In this document: positions 15,104 through 24,625 of the stretch, piece by piece
How the letters are laid out: every line of letters starts with the position of its first letter
Position numbering within the stretch: the stretch's first letter is position 1
From: an uncultured Opitutales bacterium
Lineage (GTDB): Bacteria > Verrucomicrobiota > Verrucomicrobiia > Opitutales > Intestinicryptomonadaceae
Assembly: GCA_934613415.1 (NCBI GenBank)
Contig: CAKTSY010000001.1
Location: forward strand, 60,001-92,000
Direction of reading: 5' to 3'
DNA length: 32,000 nucleotides
Notes under the pieces: generated by a model
Database searches by the model: none
The model's input: the letters and a program-made list of their open reading frames with translations, nothing else
Told to the model about the DNA's origin: nothing
Translations under genes and position numbers: made by a program

Positions 15104-17825
15104 ACTTTCTGGCAAATTCGTCGCTGTTAAAGCCGAACAGCGATTCGAATGCGTCGTTTTTTGCGTTCTTTTCGGGAGGCGCAAAGTTGTGTGTTTTTAT
15201 GTTCATAACAACTTCATTGGCCTTTTTCAGTGCCGAATCTATGTAGTTTTGAATGTCGTCCCAGCCGTCTATGCAAGTAGATGTTGTGTCTTTGGGCAAC
15301 ACTATGTAGGCGCATTTTATAGATTGCGGGTTTAAAGCTCTTATCTGCTCTATAGATTCGGCGGCAAGATAATACAGCGGCAGCTGCAAATTTTGCCACT
15401 TTTGCAACTTTTCGGCATAGTGCTTTTTTTTGCAAATGCCCTTTTCGGCTTTTTCAAATGTTTTGTAGTCTATAATAAGAACTTCGTTTGTTTGGGTGTT
15501 GTAGTCTACGCGGTCTATTACGCCGTTCAGCTTAAACGAGCCTAAATCCACACAAAAGCCTAGTTCCGCATATTTTTGAACCCAGTGGTTTTCGCACAAA
15601 TAGCTTTGCAACTTTGCCATAGACGTTAGCCTGTTTTTTATATAGCCAAGCTGCATTCTAATTTGCCCGCGCAGATTGTCGGGAAAGTTCTTTTGTTTGT
15701 ATTGCTCGAATTTTTGCGCCAAAAAGTTCTTTATTTTAATCTCGTCTTGTTCGCCCGCAATTTCGGGCAGTGTCCTTAAAATTTCGTGCATAGTTGCGCC
15801 GAACTGCATGGCGTCGAGCTCGCTTTTAAAAGGATCGGTTTGCGACATTTTAAGAATATTTTTAAGGTAGTATTGCCAGGGCGAATTTATATAGTCGTTT
15901 AAAGCCGAAGCCGAAAACGCATCTTTTTTAATCTCGCAATCTTTTGCGGAATAATATGTCCATTCGCTGTGGGCAAAGGGGGTTTCGTCTATTTTAGGCT
16001 CGCAAAAAAGCCTGTTAACCCTTTGGGGAAGGTTTGCATTTTGGGTTTGAAAGAGAATGCGCGAAGGCAAAAGGACATCGCCAACCAGATTGTTTTTAGG
16101 CACGCAAATATCGGCTTTAGAACCACTTGTAGAACGCATTTGCATTGTGCTTTCAAGCATAAAAGCGTCTCTTGCCTGCCTAAGCTTTTGGGTGCGCAAC
16201 CCAAGTTTACTGCGCAGAGAATCGGTTAAAAACATTCCGTTTAAATCGGCAAGCGGAACTATTTGGTCGTTCATATCGCAAAGCAAAAGGTGCGCTTTGG
16301 GCGACCAATAGGCCTCAATCCAGTCTTGCAGCAAAACCGAATTTGCGTCGATTTTTGGCGGCAGCGTTTTTTTTCCGAAAATGTCCGATAAAATTGCAAA
16401 CTTTTCTGCATTCGAAAATTTTATTTTTGCAAAATTCTCGGCGGCGTCTATTTCTGCCGAGGCACTTTGCAGCAAATTAAAGGCTTCGCGTTCCAATATA
16501 TCGTTTTGCGGAACAAATTCCGAAAAGTTTTCGCCTACAAAGCCTGCAATATCTTTTGCGCGGGCAGCCTGCTGGGCGAATGCAAAAATCTTTTTAAGAA
16601 AAAGACAAGCCTTTAGCTTAGAAGATTCGTTTCGCTCTATTGCGTTTAAAGCCGAATATGCCTGACTTAAAGTGGCGCAACAAAATTCGGCATACAGTGC
16701 GTCTAGGGCTGCAAATATTTGGCTTATGCTTTTGCCGCAAATTTGGGCACACTTTTTTGCGGCGTAAAAATTGCCCATAAAGCTTGCCGTGTTTGCAAAG
16801 CTTTCTTGCAAAGCTAAATCGGCCATAGATTTCATAAGCCCAAACAGCACACTGTTTTTTAGGGGCTTGCCGTCTAAAGAATTTGCCGAGATATTATTTT
16901 TTTTAAATTCGGCGGCAAATAGCTGCAAGTTTTGCGCTTGGTCGCAAGCTACTGCCAAAGTTTTATACACATTTTCGCCGTAATCGCCGGCCAAGTTTGC
17001 CGCAGCTTTTGCCTGACTTTTGCAGTCTACAAAAACCTTAAGCGAGCTTTCGGGAATTTCCAAATCCCTTTCGGCATATTCCGCCTTTGGCAAGCCGAAT
17101 TCGTCGAAATATTTTTCGGAACTGTTCGAAAAAACAACGCTGCAAAATTCGCCGCCGCTTTCCTTAAGCCTGCGCAAAAAGCACTGCATTGTTTTTGATA
17201 TTTCGGGGTTGCCAACCATATACACGCGCTTTATTGAGCCTTCTTTTATAATGGCGTTTATTGCATCTTGCCTTGCGTCAACATATCCTAAAAAGTCGCC
17301 AAGCTGTTTTGTAAAAAGGGTGTTTAAATAATTTAAATCGCCCCATCTTGCAAAGTCCGCAAAAGTTGCGTCTTTTGCAAGTAGTTCGTACGCCGAAGAA
17401 ATATCCAACATTCCCTCGGCAAGCAGAGTTTGCAGCAAAATAAGCTCGTCGGCAATGGAAAGCAAATCGCCCTCTTCGGGCTTTTGCGCGCCCGAAAATA
17501 TGTTTTCGGGCAATTTGTTGTTGTCTAAAAGCCCTCTTAAAACCGAAACCCAAATTGCGCGCGCCGTTGTTCTGTTTAATGCGTTTTTTGCCTCGTATTT
17601 CGAAAGCTCGTCTTCGAAAGTCGAAACTTCAAAATTTGAAATTGCCTTTACTTTTAAAATTACCGAATTTTTAAAGCTTCGGGCTGCGGCTCGTGTGGGC
17701 AGCAAAAAAAGCTCGCCTTTTAAATCGGCAACGCCGTTTTTAAGGCTGTCTTTAAAACGCTCTAAAAACCATTTTGCCGCACATTCTGGCATTGTCGGCG
17801 CGCATATTTGTACAATTTGCAACAT
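15072..17825 (-). CDS. addB: PD-(D/E)XK nuclease family protein, AddB-like partner of AddA
   Basis: 917 aa, lying directly upstream of addA and overlapping it. The C-terminal RecB-type nuclease motifs are FGATMHEILR, GVIDRVDY, LIIDYKT and LQLPLYYLA. There is no Walker A motif at the N-terminus and no CxxC(x5)C iron-sulfur motif. Confidence 0.8.
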   Translation of the reverse strand: MLQIVQICAPTMPECAAKWFLERFKDSLKNGVADLKGELFLLPTRAAARSFKNSVILKVKAISNFEVSTFEDELSKYEAKNALNRTTARAIWVSVLRGLLDNNKLPENIFSGAQKPEEGDLLSIADELILLQTLLAEGMLDISSAYELLAKDATFADFARWGDLNYLNTLFTKQLGDFLGYVDARQDAINAIIKEGSIKRVYMVGNPEISKTMQCFLRRLKESGGEFCSVVFSNSSEKYFDEFGLPKAEYAERDLEIPESSLKVFVDCKSQAKAAANLAGDYGENVYKTLAVACDQAQNLQLFAAEFKKNNISANSLDGKPLKNSVLFGLMKSMADLALQESFANTASFMGNFYAAKKCAQICGKSISQIFAALDALYAEFCCATLSQAYSALNAIERNESSKLKACLFLKKIFAFAQQAARAKDIAGFVGENFSEFVPQNDILEREAFNLLQSASAEIDAAENFAKIKFSNAEKFAILSDIFGKKTLPPKIDANSVLLQDWIEAYWSPKAHLLLCDMNDQIVPLADLNGMFLTDSLRSKLGLRTQKLRQARDAFMLESTMQMRSTSGSKADICVPKNNLVGDVLLPSRILFQTQNANLPQRVNRLFCEPKIDETPFAHSEWTYYSAKDCEIKKDAFSASALNDYINSPWQYYLKNILKMSQTDPFKSELDAMQFGATMHEILRTLPEIAGEQDEIKIKNFLAQKFEQYKQKNFPDNLRGQIRMQLGYIKNRLTSMAKLQSYLCENHWVQKYAELGFCVDLGSFKLNGVIDRVDYNTQTNEVLIIDYKTFEKAEKGICKKKHYAEKLQKWQNLQLPLYYLAAESIEQIRALNPQSIKCAYIVLPKDTTSTCIDGWDDIQNYIDSALKKANEVVMNIKTHNFAPPEKNAKNDAFESLFGFNSDEFARKYVENYAEKHI

Positions 17826-17877
17826 TATTTTTACACACTAAAATGCGGTTTTTAAAAATCAAGCCCATTAAGGCGCG

Positions 17878-20800
17878 TTATTCCTTTTGTGGTGTAAATT
17901 TTGGCGGGTGCATATACATTGTATCTTCTATCCATCTAAAATAGCGTTCGTCGCTTTCGAATGGGTTTACGGGCGTTTTATAAGAGGCGTTTTTGCGGAA
18001 AATTCCCGCCTCTTGCAGGCGCACAAAATAGCCGTAGCCTGCTCTAAAATTCTTTGCCAAGTGCATTGGGTAGTTGTTTTTTAGGTGCTCAGAAATGGCA
18101 TATATACCGTTTTTAAGGGATATGTAGTCGGGGTCTTTTTTGTCTTTAAATATAACGGGGTGAACACCCTTTTCCGCCAAGCCGCCTTCTTCTTTTGCAA
18201 GAGCTATGTTTAAATATATTGTTCTTTCGGGGTGCAAAAAATTGTAGGCGGTTTCGTTGTGGTAGATAGTTTCTCTTACCTTGTTGTTTTTTACCGCCCT
18301 TATTTTGTTGTAGGGGTTTAAATAAGCGGGAATATAGACATTACCTTTGTGGCACTGCCCGCAGCGGTTTTTAATTACGTTAAACATTGCATTTGTCTGC
18401 GGAATTTCGTCCTCCATTTTCCATTGGGGGGTATCAAAAAGGTTTTGATGCAAAAACACAGTGCCCAAAGCTGCATATGTTCCAAACTGCGTAGCCCCCG
18501 TATCGAGCCAAAGCTTTAGGGTTTCAAGCTCTTGCTCGCTTAGTTTTACATTGTGGTGCGAACCTTGTGTTTTGCTTAAAATTTTAGAGCAGCCGCTTCC
18601 GAATTTATAGGGGGCAAACATTCCCCATTTGTTTTCGCCGTCTTGCATTTGCTTGCGCATAAAAAGGTTAAAATACGAGTGAAAATAAGTTGCCCCCATT
18701 CCCTCCATAAGCGAAAACTTGGCTTTGCTTTTGGGGTTGTCGCTATGGCACTTTATGCAGTGCGCGTTAAATATCGGCTGAATATCGCGCATAAAGTCTA
18801 TAACAAATGGGTGTTTGCGATTGTCGAAAGGCTTAAGCTTTTGCACAGCTTGGCTAAACGATTTGGGAACTGTGTTTGTTAGCGGAGTTTCGTTGCGTGT
18901 TTCGTGACAGCCTATGCAGCTTGTGCTGGTACTAGGTTGCGCGCCAACAAAGCTTAGCATTCGCTTAACGCAGTTACCGTTTTTGTCTAACGCTATAAAA
19001 GCCAACGCCTTTTGGGCGGGCACTTCAAAGATTGCGGAACCGTCGTCGTTAACGTCTACATAGCCCCAAATTCTTTCTATGGCAAATGCGCCCGAATGCG
19101 AAATAGGCCAAGTTCCCCCGTGGTAGTGTGCCGGATTCGGCAAAAATTCTACAACCACAAGCTTTTTTATAGATCCCTTTTCTACCCCCTGCATTTGCCG
19201 TCCAAAATATATGTTTTGCAACGACATAACTGCGGTTTTTTTCGAATAGTCTACAGTATCTGGAATGAGCTTTTCGCGCGGACGTTTTGCAAGGGGCTGT
19301 ACGTCTTTTACAAAAAGTTCGCGTTTGTGCTGCTGCTTAATTAGAGTTACGGTGTATTCTTCGTTTTGGGTTTCAAAAAGCTCTTTGGGCAAGTCTATAT
19401 TTTCAAAGTGCCCAAATTCGTCCATAACAAACAACTTGTTGCGCGTGTTTGTAAGCATTAGCCCGTCTTTTAAGGGGAACGGCGCAAAAAAATTGTAGCC
19501 GGAATCGCCGCTGACAAAATCGAGAGCATAAATATCGCTTGGGTCGCACGAATTTTTTACCTTTGCAATGCGGCCTTGCTGGTTCCATGTTTCGCCGTGA
19601 TATGGGCTTATTACAAACAAAGTTTCGTGCCTGTCGGGGAACTCCTTTGGCGACAAAAACACTCCTCCTGGATACCTGTTGCCGAAAAATATTTTGTCGG
19701 AAGTGCCGTCGGGATTAAGCGTCCATAGGTGGTGGAATGAAAGCTGGCTGCGCTGGTTGTAGTCCCATTTTAAATATACTATGCGACCGTCCTTTAAAAC
19801 CGAGGGCGTGTTGTCTTGGTCGGGGTTAACGCTTAGGGCCCTTATGCTGTTGTCGGTGTAGCTGTATCTGGTTAAATTGGCTATTGGCAAAATTCCGCAT
19901 TGAACGGTTTTGCGGTGGCGCGAAGAACAATACACTATGTCGCCGTTGGGCAGATACGCGGGTTCAATATCGTCCCAATCGCCAGCCATCGGCAAAAGCT
20001 TAAGGTTTTTTCCGTCTATATCCATTTCGTATAGATGAAAAGTTTTTGTTTTGCCCTTTCGGTAGGCAAACAAAAGTTTTTTGGCGTCGTAATGCAGGCG
20101 CAAGTCGTGCACGGAGCCATTCGGGTCGTTTAAAATATACTTAATTTCTTTTGTGCGCAAATTAAACACCGCAATTTTTGCCCCCAAATGCGAGTCCATA
20201 TATTTGCCGAAATTCTTTTGCAGAGCCTCGTTTTTGGCGTCTATGCTAACGCTTTTGCCGAAGGTTGCAAACCAGTGGGGGTCTTTGGTGTCAGAACGCG
20301 TTGCAAATACAACATATTCGGTGCCCATTGCCGAAATTGCCCTGTCTAAAAGGTTTGCGCCCTTATATTTTACGTCGCAATCTTTTTCGTTGTCGCCTAG
20401 GCTTAAATAGTCGTAGGCAAACCACAAAGTTTTGTCGGAAATCTTATAGGTGTCGTGCGGAGCAATCTCCAAAATGTTTTCGCCCTCTTTAAATGTACTT
20501 GCCGCAATTTTTGTTTTAACGGTAAGGCTTTTGCCGTAGGTTTTAGGGTGGTATAGCAGAACGGCCGGAGCGTTAAAGCGGTCTTTTGCTATTTTGTAAG
20601 GGTCGCGTATGTCGGCAATTTGCTTTCCGTTTAGCAAAATTTTTACGCCCAAGCCGCCGTAGTGAGCCGAAGCGTCGGCAAAACCAAGCCTAAAGAAAAA
20701 GTCTTTTTTAGACTCTAAAACGCCTTTGTTTACATTGAATTTTATTTTGCAAACAAAAGGCATTTGCCCCCAGTCACAATTTCTTACGGGATGTATATAG

Positions 20801-21057
20801 GGCCAGTCGCAATCCTTATTTTTGCCTACAACAAACTCGAAATTCTTCTGCGAAAAAAATTCCAGACTTTTGTCTAGATTTCTATAGGGACGGCGGTTTA
20901 CCTCGTAGTTGCGGGTAAAAAACTGCATTGAGTCGCCCAAGCCGCGAAATATTTTAAATTCCCTTGCATAGCCGTCGGGCTTGCCGATTTCGAACAAAAC
21001 TTCGGCTTTGGCAAAAACCGGGCAAAGCAAAAATAAAAATAACAAAACCCTTTTCAT
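17878..21057 (-). CDS. Secreted multidomain protein: CBM-like N-domain + beta-propeller + three c-type haem sites (HzsA-related / PSCyt-type)
   Basis: ATG 21057 gives MKRVLLFLFLLCPVFAKA-EV (signal peptide). Propeller-like strands include NDPNGSVHDLRLHYDAKKLLFAY, LPNGDIVYCSS, LKDGRIVYLKWDY and LNPDGTSDKIFFG. The CxxCH motifs are CIGCH (18918-18904), CIKCH (18759-18745) and CGQCH (18363-18349). IQPIFNAHCIKCH...LETLKLWLDTGA resembles the Planctomycete cytochrome c signature. Confidence 0.7.
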   Translation of the reverse strand: MKRVLLFLFLLCPVFAKAEVLFEIGKPDGYAREFKIFRGLGDSMQFFTRNYEVNRRPYRNLDKSLEFFSQKNFEFVVGKNKDCDWPYIHPVRNCDWGQMPFVCKIKFNVNKGVLESKKDFFFRLGFADASAHYGGLGVKILLNGKQIADIRDPYKIAKDRFNAPAVLLYHPKTYGKSLTVKTKIAASTFKEGENILEIAPHDTYKISDKTLWFAYDYLSLGDNEKDCDVKYKGANLLDRAISAMGTEYVVFATRSDTKDPHWFATFGKSVSIDAKNEALQKNFGKYMDSHLGAKIAVFNLRTKEIKYILNDPNGSVHDLRLHYDAKKLLFAYRKGKTKTFHLYEMDIDGKNLKLLPMAGDWDDIEPAYLPNGDIVYCSSRHRKTVQCGILPIANLTRYSYTDNSIRALSVNPDQDNTPSVLKDGRIVYLKWDYNQRSQLSFHHLWTLNPDGTSDKIFFGNRYPGGVFLSPKEFPDRHETLFVISPYHGETWNQQGRIAKVKNSCDPSDIYALDFVSGDSGYNFFAPFPLKDGLMLTNTRNKLFVMDEFGHFENIDLPKELFETQNEEYTVTLIKQQHKRELFVKDVQPLAKRPREKLIPDTVDYSKKTAVMSLQNIYFGRQMQGVEKGSIKKLVVVEFLPNPAHYHGGTWPISHSGAFAIERIWGYVDVNDDGSAIFEVPAQKALAFIALDKNGNCVKRMLSFVGAQPSTSTSCIGCHETRNETPLTNTVPKSFSQAVQKLKPFDNRKHPFVIDFMRDIQPIFNAHCIKCHSDNPKSKAKFSLMEGMGATYFHSYFNLFMRKQMQDGENKWGMFAPYKFGSGCSKILSKTQGSHHNVKLSEQELETLKLWLDTGATQFGTYAALGTVFLHQNLFDTPQWKMEDEIPQTNAMFNVIKNRCGQCHKGNVYIPAYLNPYNKIRAVKNNKVRETIYHNETAYNFLHPERTIYLNIALAKEEGGLAEKGVHPVIFKDKKDPDYISLKNGIYAISEHLKNNYPMHLAKNFRAGYGYFVRLQEAGIFRKNASYKTPVNPFESDERYFRWIEDTMYMHPPKFTPQKE

Positions 21058-21077
21058 ATATACACTTTGCACAGGCT

Positions 21078-21106
21078 ATTGTACGATAGGACATATGGCA
21101 AGGTAA
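21078..21106 (-). promoter_or_regulatory. Candidate promoter of the HzsA-related gene
   Basis: On the minus strand: TTACCT (21106-21101), 17 nt of spacer, TACAAT (21083-21078). The -35 element abuts the U-tract of the ddh terminator. Confidence 0.3.
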
Positions 21107-21133
21107 AAAAAGACCGCACTTAAACGTGCGGCC
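21105..21133 (-). terminator. Intrinsic terminator of ddh
   Basis: Minus-strand GGCCGCAC-GUUUAA-GUGCGGUC is followed by U7. Confidence 0.8.
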
Positions 21134-21156
21134 TTAAAAATAATTGCGAAAAATGA

Positions 21157-22143
21157 TTAAAGCATTGTTGCCCTAAGTTCTTCGCCGCTTTTTGCGCTAA
21201 GGTAGGCGGGAGCAATATCGAATACCGTTTTGCAGCCGCTTTGGCCTTCTTTATTAAGCTTGTAGGCCGCCCTTGCATAGGCTACCAATACGCACGAAGT
21301 AAATTCGGGGTTTGAATCAAGCTTTAGGCTATACTCAATAATGTGGCTGTTTTCATTATTTAAGCCTGTTTTGCCGCTTCTTAGAACAAAACCGCCGTGG
21401 GGAATGCGGCTGTGGTTTTTGGCAAACTCTTCGTCGTCTATAAAATGCACGGTTGTGTCGTAGTCGGCAAAGTAGTTGGGCATTTCCTTGATTTGCCTTT
21501 CAACTTCGGCGGCGTTGGCACCTTCTTCCAACACAACAAAGCATTCGCGCGTATGTTTTTGGCGCGTAGTCAATTCCGGGTTTTTACCGCTTCTTACCGC
21601 GTCTAGTGCCGACTGCACGGGTATTGTATACTGCTTTGCGTTCTTTACACCCTTAATGCGCCTTACGGCGTCGGAATGTCCCTGGCTTACGCCTTTGCCC
21701 CAAAAAGTATAGTCTTTGCCGTTTGTAAGAATTGCATTTGCATACATTCTGTTAAGCGAAAATAGCCCAGGGTCCCAACCAACCGAAATTATGGCAACTT
21801 TCTTTGCGGCCTTTGCAGACTTGTCTACAGCAGCAAAGTGTTCGGGAATTTTTGCGTGGGTATCGAAGCTGTCGATTACGTTGAACATTTTGGCATATTC
21901 GGGAGTTTGCTTGGGCAAATCTGTTGCGCTACCGCCGCAAATTACCATAACGTCTACCTTGTCCTGCCAGTCGGCAATTTTCTCGACGCTAACAACTTTT
22001 GCAGTATCTGTAGAAATCTTCAAGCTTTCGGGATTTCTTCTTGTAAATACCGCAACCAATTCCATATCGGGATTCTGGCGGATTGCGCTTTCTACGCCTC
22101 TGCCCAAATTCCCGTAACCGATAATACCAATTTTTATACTCAT
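21157..22143 (-). CDS. ddh: meso-Diaminopimelate D-dehydrogenase
   Basis: 328 aa. The N-terminus MSIKIGIIGYGNLGRGVE...PDMELVAVFTRR is collinear with Corynebacterium-type Ddh (Rossmann GxGxxG). The WDPG and GHS motifs are present. Confidence 0.92.
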   Translation of the reverse strand: MSIKIGIIGYGNLGRGVESAIRQNPDMELVAVFTRRNPESLKISTDTAKVVSVEKIADWQDKVDVMVICGGSATDLPKQTPEYAKMFNVIDSFDTHAKIPEHFAAVDKSAKAAKKVAIISVGWDPGLFSLNRMYANAILTNGKDYTFWGKGVSQGHSDAVRRIKGVKNAKQYTIPVQSALDAVRSGKNPELTTRQKHTRECFVVLEEGANAAEVERQIKEMPNYFADYDTTVHFIDDEEFAKNHSRIPHGGFVLRSGKTGLNNENSHIIEYSLKLDSNPEFTSCVLVAYARAAYKLNKEGQSGCKTVFDIAPAYLSAKSGEELRATML

Positions 22144-22154
22144 AATTGGCTAGA

Positions 22155-22183
22155 ACTATTTGCCAGCTTTGCCCAAAATTCAA
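22155..22183 (-). promoter_or_regulatory. Candidate promoter of ddh
   Basis: On the minus strand: TTGAAT (22183-22178), 17 nt of spacer, AATAGT (22160-22155). The predicted leader is only about 5 nt. Confidence 0.3.
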
Positions 22184-22342
22184 TATTTTAATATGTATTT
22201 GGCTTTTGCGTTTCGAGAAATTGAAATTTCCTACAAAATTGTAGTTTGTTTTGCGCTTTTTGCTGCAAATTTGTCGGCATTTGCAAAAAAAATGCAATTA
22301 TAGGCTTTTAAAGGCTTGGCGTTTTAGATAGATTTTCCCTCA

Positions 22343-24529
22343 ATGAAAAAATACATATCAATAATTTCGATGTTCGTTGCGGCTTTTGCGCTTTTTGCAA
22401 AAGAGCCCGTAGATTATGTTAACACCAAAATGGGCGGAGTAAGCCACTTGCTTGTACCCGCACGCCAAACAATACAGCTGCCGCATTCTATGATGCGCTG
22501 CCTTGCAGGCAATTTCGACGCGGGCGGCGTTTCGATTTCGTCGTTGCCCTTTTTTATACACACGCACAGGTTTCACCCGAACTTGAAGTTTGTTGCCTAT
22601 ACAAGCGATACCCCGAAAGAATTTTACCTTGTAGACAACGAAACCTACACGCCCTATTCGTACTCGGCATTGCTTGAAGACGACAACATTTTTGCCGACT
22701 TTGCAGTTTCTAAACGAAGCGCAATTTACAACTTTAAGTTTTTAGATTCGAACAAATCGCCAAAGCTGCGTATAAACAGCTCGGCTGTAGACAAATTTTT
22801 AGACGAAGACGGCTATTTCGGCCTTTCGCACAGGCTTAGAAACAACACAAAAGTTTACATTGCAATGCAGTTTAGCCAAAAGCCCGTTGCCGTACAAAAA
22901 GACAAAAACTCGATTACCGCCGTTTTCGACAAAAACACAAGCGAGCTTGCCGCGCGTTTCGGCGTGTCTTTTATAAGTTTTGAACAGGCCAGGGAAAATT
23001 TGGCAAAAGAAATAGACACTTTCGACGTAAAACCCGTAGCCGAAAAAGGCCGCGAAATTTGGAACAACGCCCTGGGGCAAATAGAGTTTGAATCGTACGA
23101 CGAAAACCAAACCGCGGTATTTTACACGTCGCTTTGGCGCACTATGGAAAGAATGGTAAACTACGACGAATACGGCAGGTTCTACAGCGTATATTCGGGC
23201 AAGGTTGAAAATTCTTTCGAAGGCAAATATTTTTATATCGACGACTGGTCGTGGGACACCTACAGAACCAGCCACCCCTTAAAAATCCTGCTAGACCCCG
23301 AATTTGAAAAACAGTGCCTAGACTCGATTTTGTATATGGCGAAAACAAACCCCAAGCACTGGGTGCCCAAATTCCCCACAATAGACGGCGACAACCAGTA
23401 TATGAACGGCAACCACATTGCGGCCTCCTATTTAGACGCCTACAACAAGGGCATTAAGGGGTTAAACTTGGCGGAATTTTTAAAGCTTTCGCTAAATACA
23501 ATCTACACAAAATCGCTTTTGCCCGACACAATAAAAGATTCTGGCGAACTTTCGAAATTCTATTTTAAAAACGGCTATATTCCCGCCCTCGACAAAGATC
23601 AGGAAGAAACTTATAGCGAAGTAAACAAGCACATGCGCCGCCAGTGCGTAAGCGTTACAACCGCCACCTGCTACGACGACTGGTGCTTGGGCAAAATAGC
23701 CGAAATTTTGGGCGATAAAAAATCGGCAAAAGAGCTTTTAGACCGCGGGCAAAACTACCGCAAGCTTTTCAACGAAAAGACAAAGTTTTTCCACCCCAAA
23801 AACGAAAAGGGGCAATTCCTTAAAGGCATAGACTATTCTACAAGCGGCGGCCAGGGCTTTAGAGATTACTATACCGAAAACAACGCCTACGTTTACAGGT
23901 TCGACACCGAACACGATATGAAGGGCCTTATAGAGCTTATGGGCGGCAATAAAGGCCTTGAACAGTGCCTAGACGAAGCTTTTGGCAGGTTGCTTAAAGT
24001 GGGCAAACTTCGCTTTTTGGTGGCGGGGCCCGACCACACCGGCATAGTCGGCAACTATTCTATGGCAAACGAGCCGGCAATGCGCATTCCCTATTTGTAT
24101 AACGAAGCCCTTACACCGTGGAAAACGCAAAAGATTATACGCCATTTGATAAACACTTGGTATAGGAACGACATTATGGGCTTGCCAGGCGACGAAGACG
24201 GCGGGGCAACCAGCGCATTTGTCGTGTTTAGCCAGTTGGGATTTTTCCCAACAAACATAGGCTACCCGATATACGACTTCGGCACGCCGTTTTTTACAAA
24301 GGCAACAATTAAGCTTAAAGACGGCAAAAAAATAAAATTTGTTGCCCACAATGTTTCCGACAAAAACAAGTATGTAGACTCTATGAAAATAGACGGCAAG
24401 CCCTACGATAAGTCTTGGATAAGCCACAGCGATTTGTTGAAAGCATCTAAAATAGAATTCTTTATGTCGGACAAACCAAACAAGCAAAGAGCCGCAACAA
24501 AAGACTTGCTGCCCGACTTTTTAAAGTAG
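22343..24529 (+). CDS. Glycoside hydrolase family 92 (alpha-mannosidase-type), secreted
   Basis: Signal peptide (MKKYISIISMFVAAFALFA). The GH92 C-terminal catalytic-region pattern is ANEPAMRIPYLYNEA..PWKTQ...GLPGDEDGGATSAFVVFSQLGFFP...YDFGTPFF. The length of 728 aa is typical. Confidence 0.88.
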   Translation: MKKYISIISMFVAAFALFAKEPVDYVNTKMGGVSHLLVPARQTIQLPHSMMRCLAGNFDAGGVSISSLPFFIHTHRFHPNLKFVAYTSDTPKEFYLVDNETYTPYSYSALLEDDNIFADFAVSKRSAIYNFKFLDSNKSPKLRINSSAVDKFLDEDGYFGLSHRLRNNTKVYIAMQFSQKPVAVQKDKNSITAVFDKNTSELAARFGVSFISFEQARENLAKEIDTFDVKPVAEKGREIWNNALGQIEFESYDENQTAVFYTSLWRTMERMVNYDEYGRFYSVYSGKVENSFEGKYFYIDDWSWDTYRTSHPLKILLDPEFEKQCLDSILYMAKTNPKHWVPKFPTIDGDNQYMNGNHIAASYLDAYNKGIKGLNLAEFLKLSLNTIYTKSLLPDTIKDSGELSKFYFKNGYIPALDKDQEETYSEVNKHMRRQCVSVTTATCYDDWCLGKIAEILGDKKSAKELLDRGQNYRKLFNEKTKFFHPKNEKGQFLKGIDYSTSGGQGFRDYYTENNAYVYRFDTEHDMKGLIELMGGNKGLEQCLDEAFGRLLKVGKLRFLVAGPDHTGIVGNYSMANEPAMRIPYLYNEALTPWKTQKIIRHLINTWYRNDIMGLPGDEDGGATSAFVVFSQLGFFPTNIGYPIYDFGTPFFTKATIKLKDGKKIKFVAHNVSDKNKYVDSMKIDGKPYDKSWISHSDLLKASKIEFFMSDKPNKQRAATKDLLPDFLK

Positions 24530-24557
24530 CTTTTGCTTGAGTGCATAAAAAGCAAAA

Positions 24558-24583
24558 AGAGCCCCGATTTTGGGGCTTTTTTT
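24558..24583. terminator. Bidirectional intrinsic terminator between GH92 and nth
   Basis: AAAGAGCCCC-GATTTT-GGGGCTTTTTTT, with an A-run and a T-run flanking a GC stem, so it works for both convergent genes. Confidence 0.85.
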
Positions 24584-24625
24584 GTCGTGCAAAATTCCGC
24601 TAAATTCCAAGCAAAATTATTTGGC

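Noticed and set aside
11909-17825. The UvrD-helicase plus PD-(D/E)XK nuclease pair as a phage-defence system (Gabija- or other helicase-nuclease-type)
   Set aside because: Size, gene order (B then A, overlapping), the full SF1 motif set and dual RecB nuclease domains fit the housekeeping AddAB recombination-repair complex. The flanking genes are core metabolism.
17878-21057. Annotation as a genuine hydrazine synthase (anammox)
   Set aside because: There are no HzsB/HzsC partners or other anammox genes. The extra N-terminal module and the glycan-degrading context argue for a different, unknown function. Only the architectural resemblance is retained.
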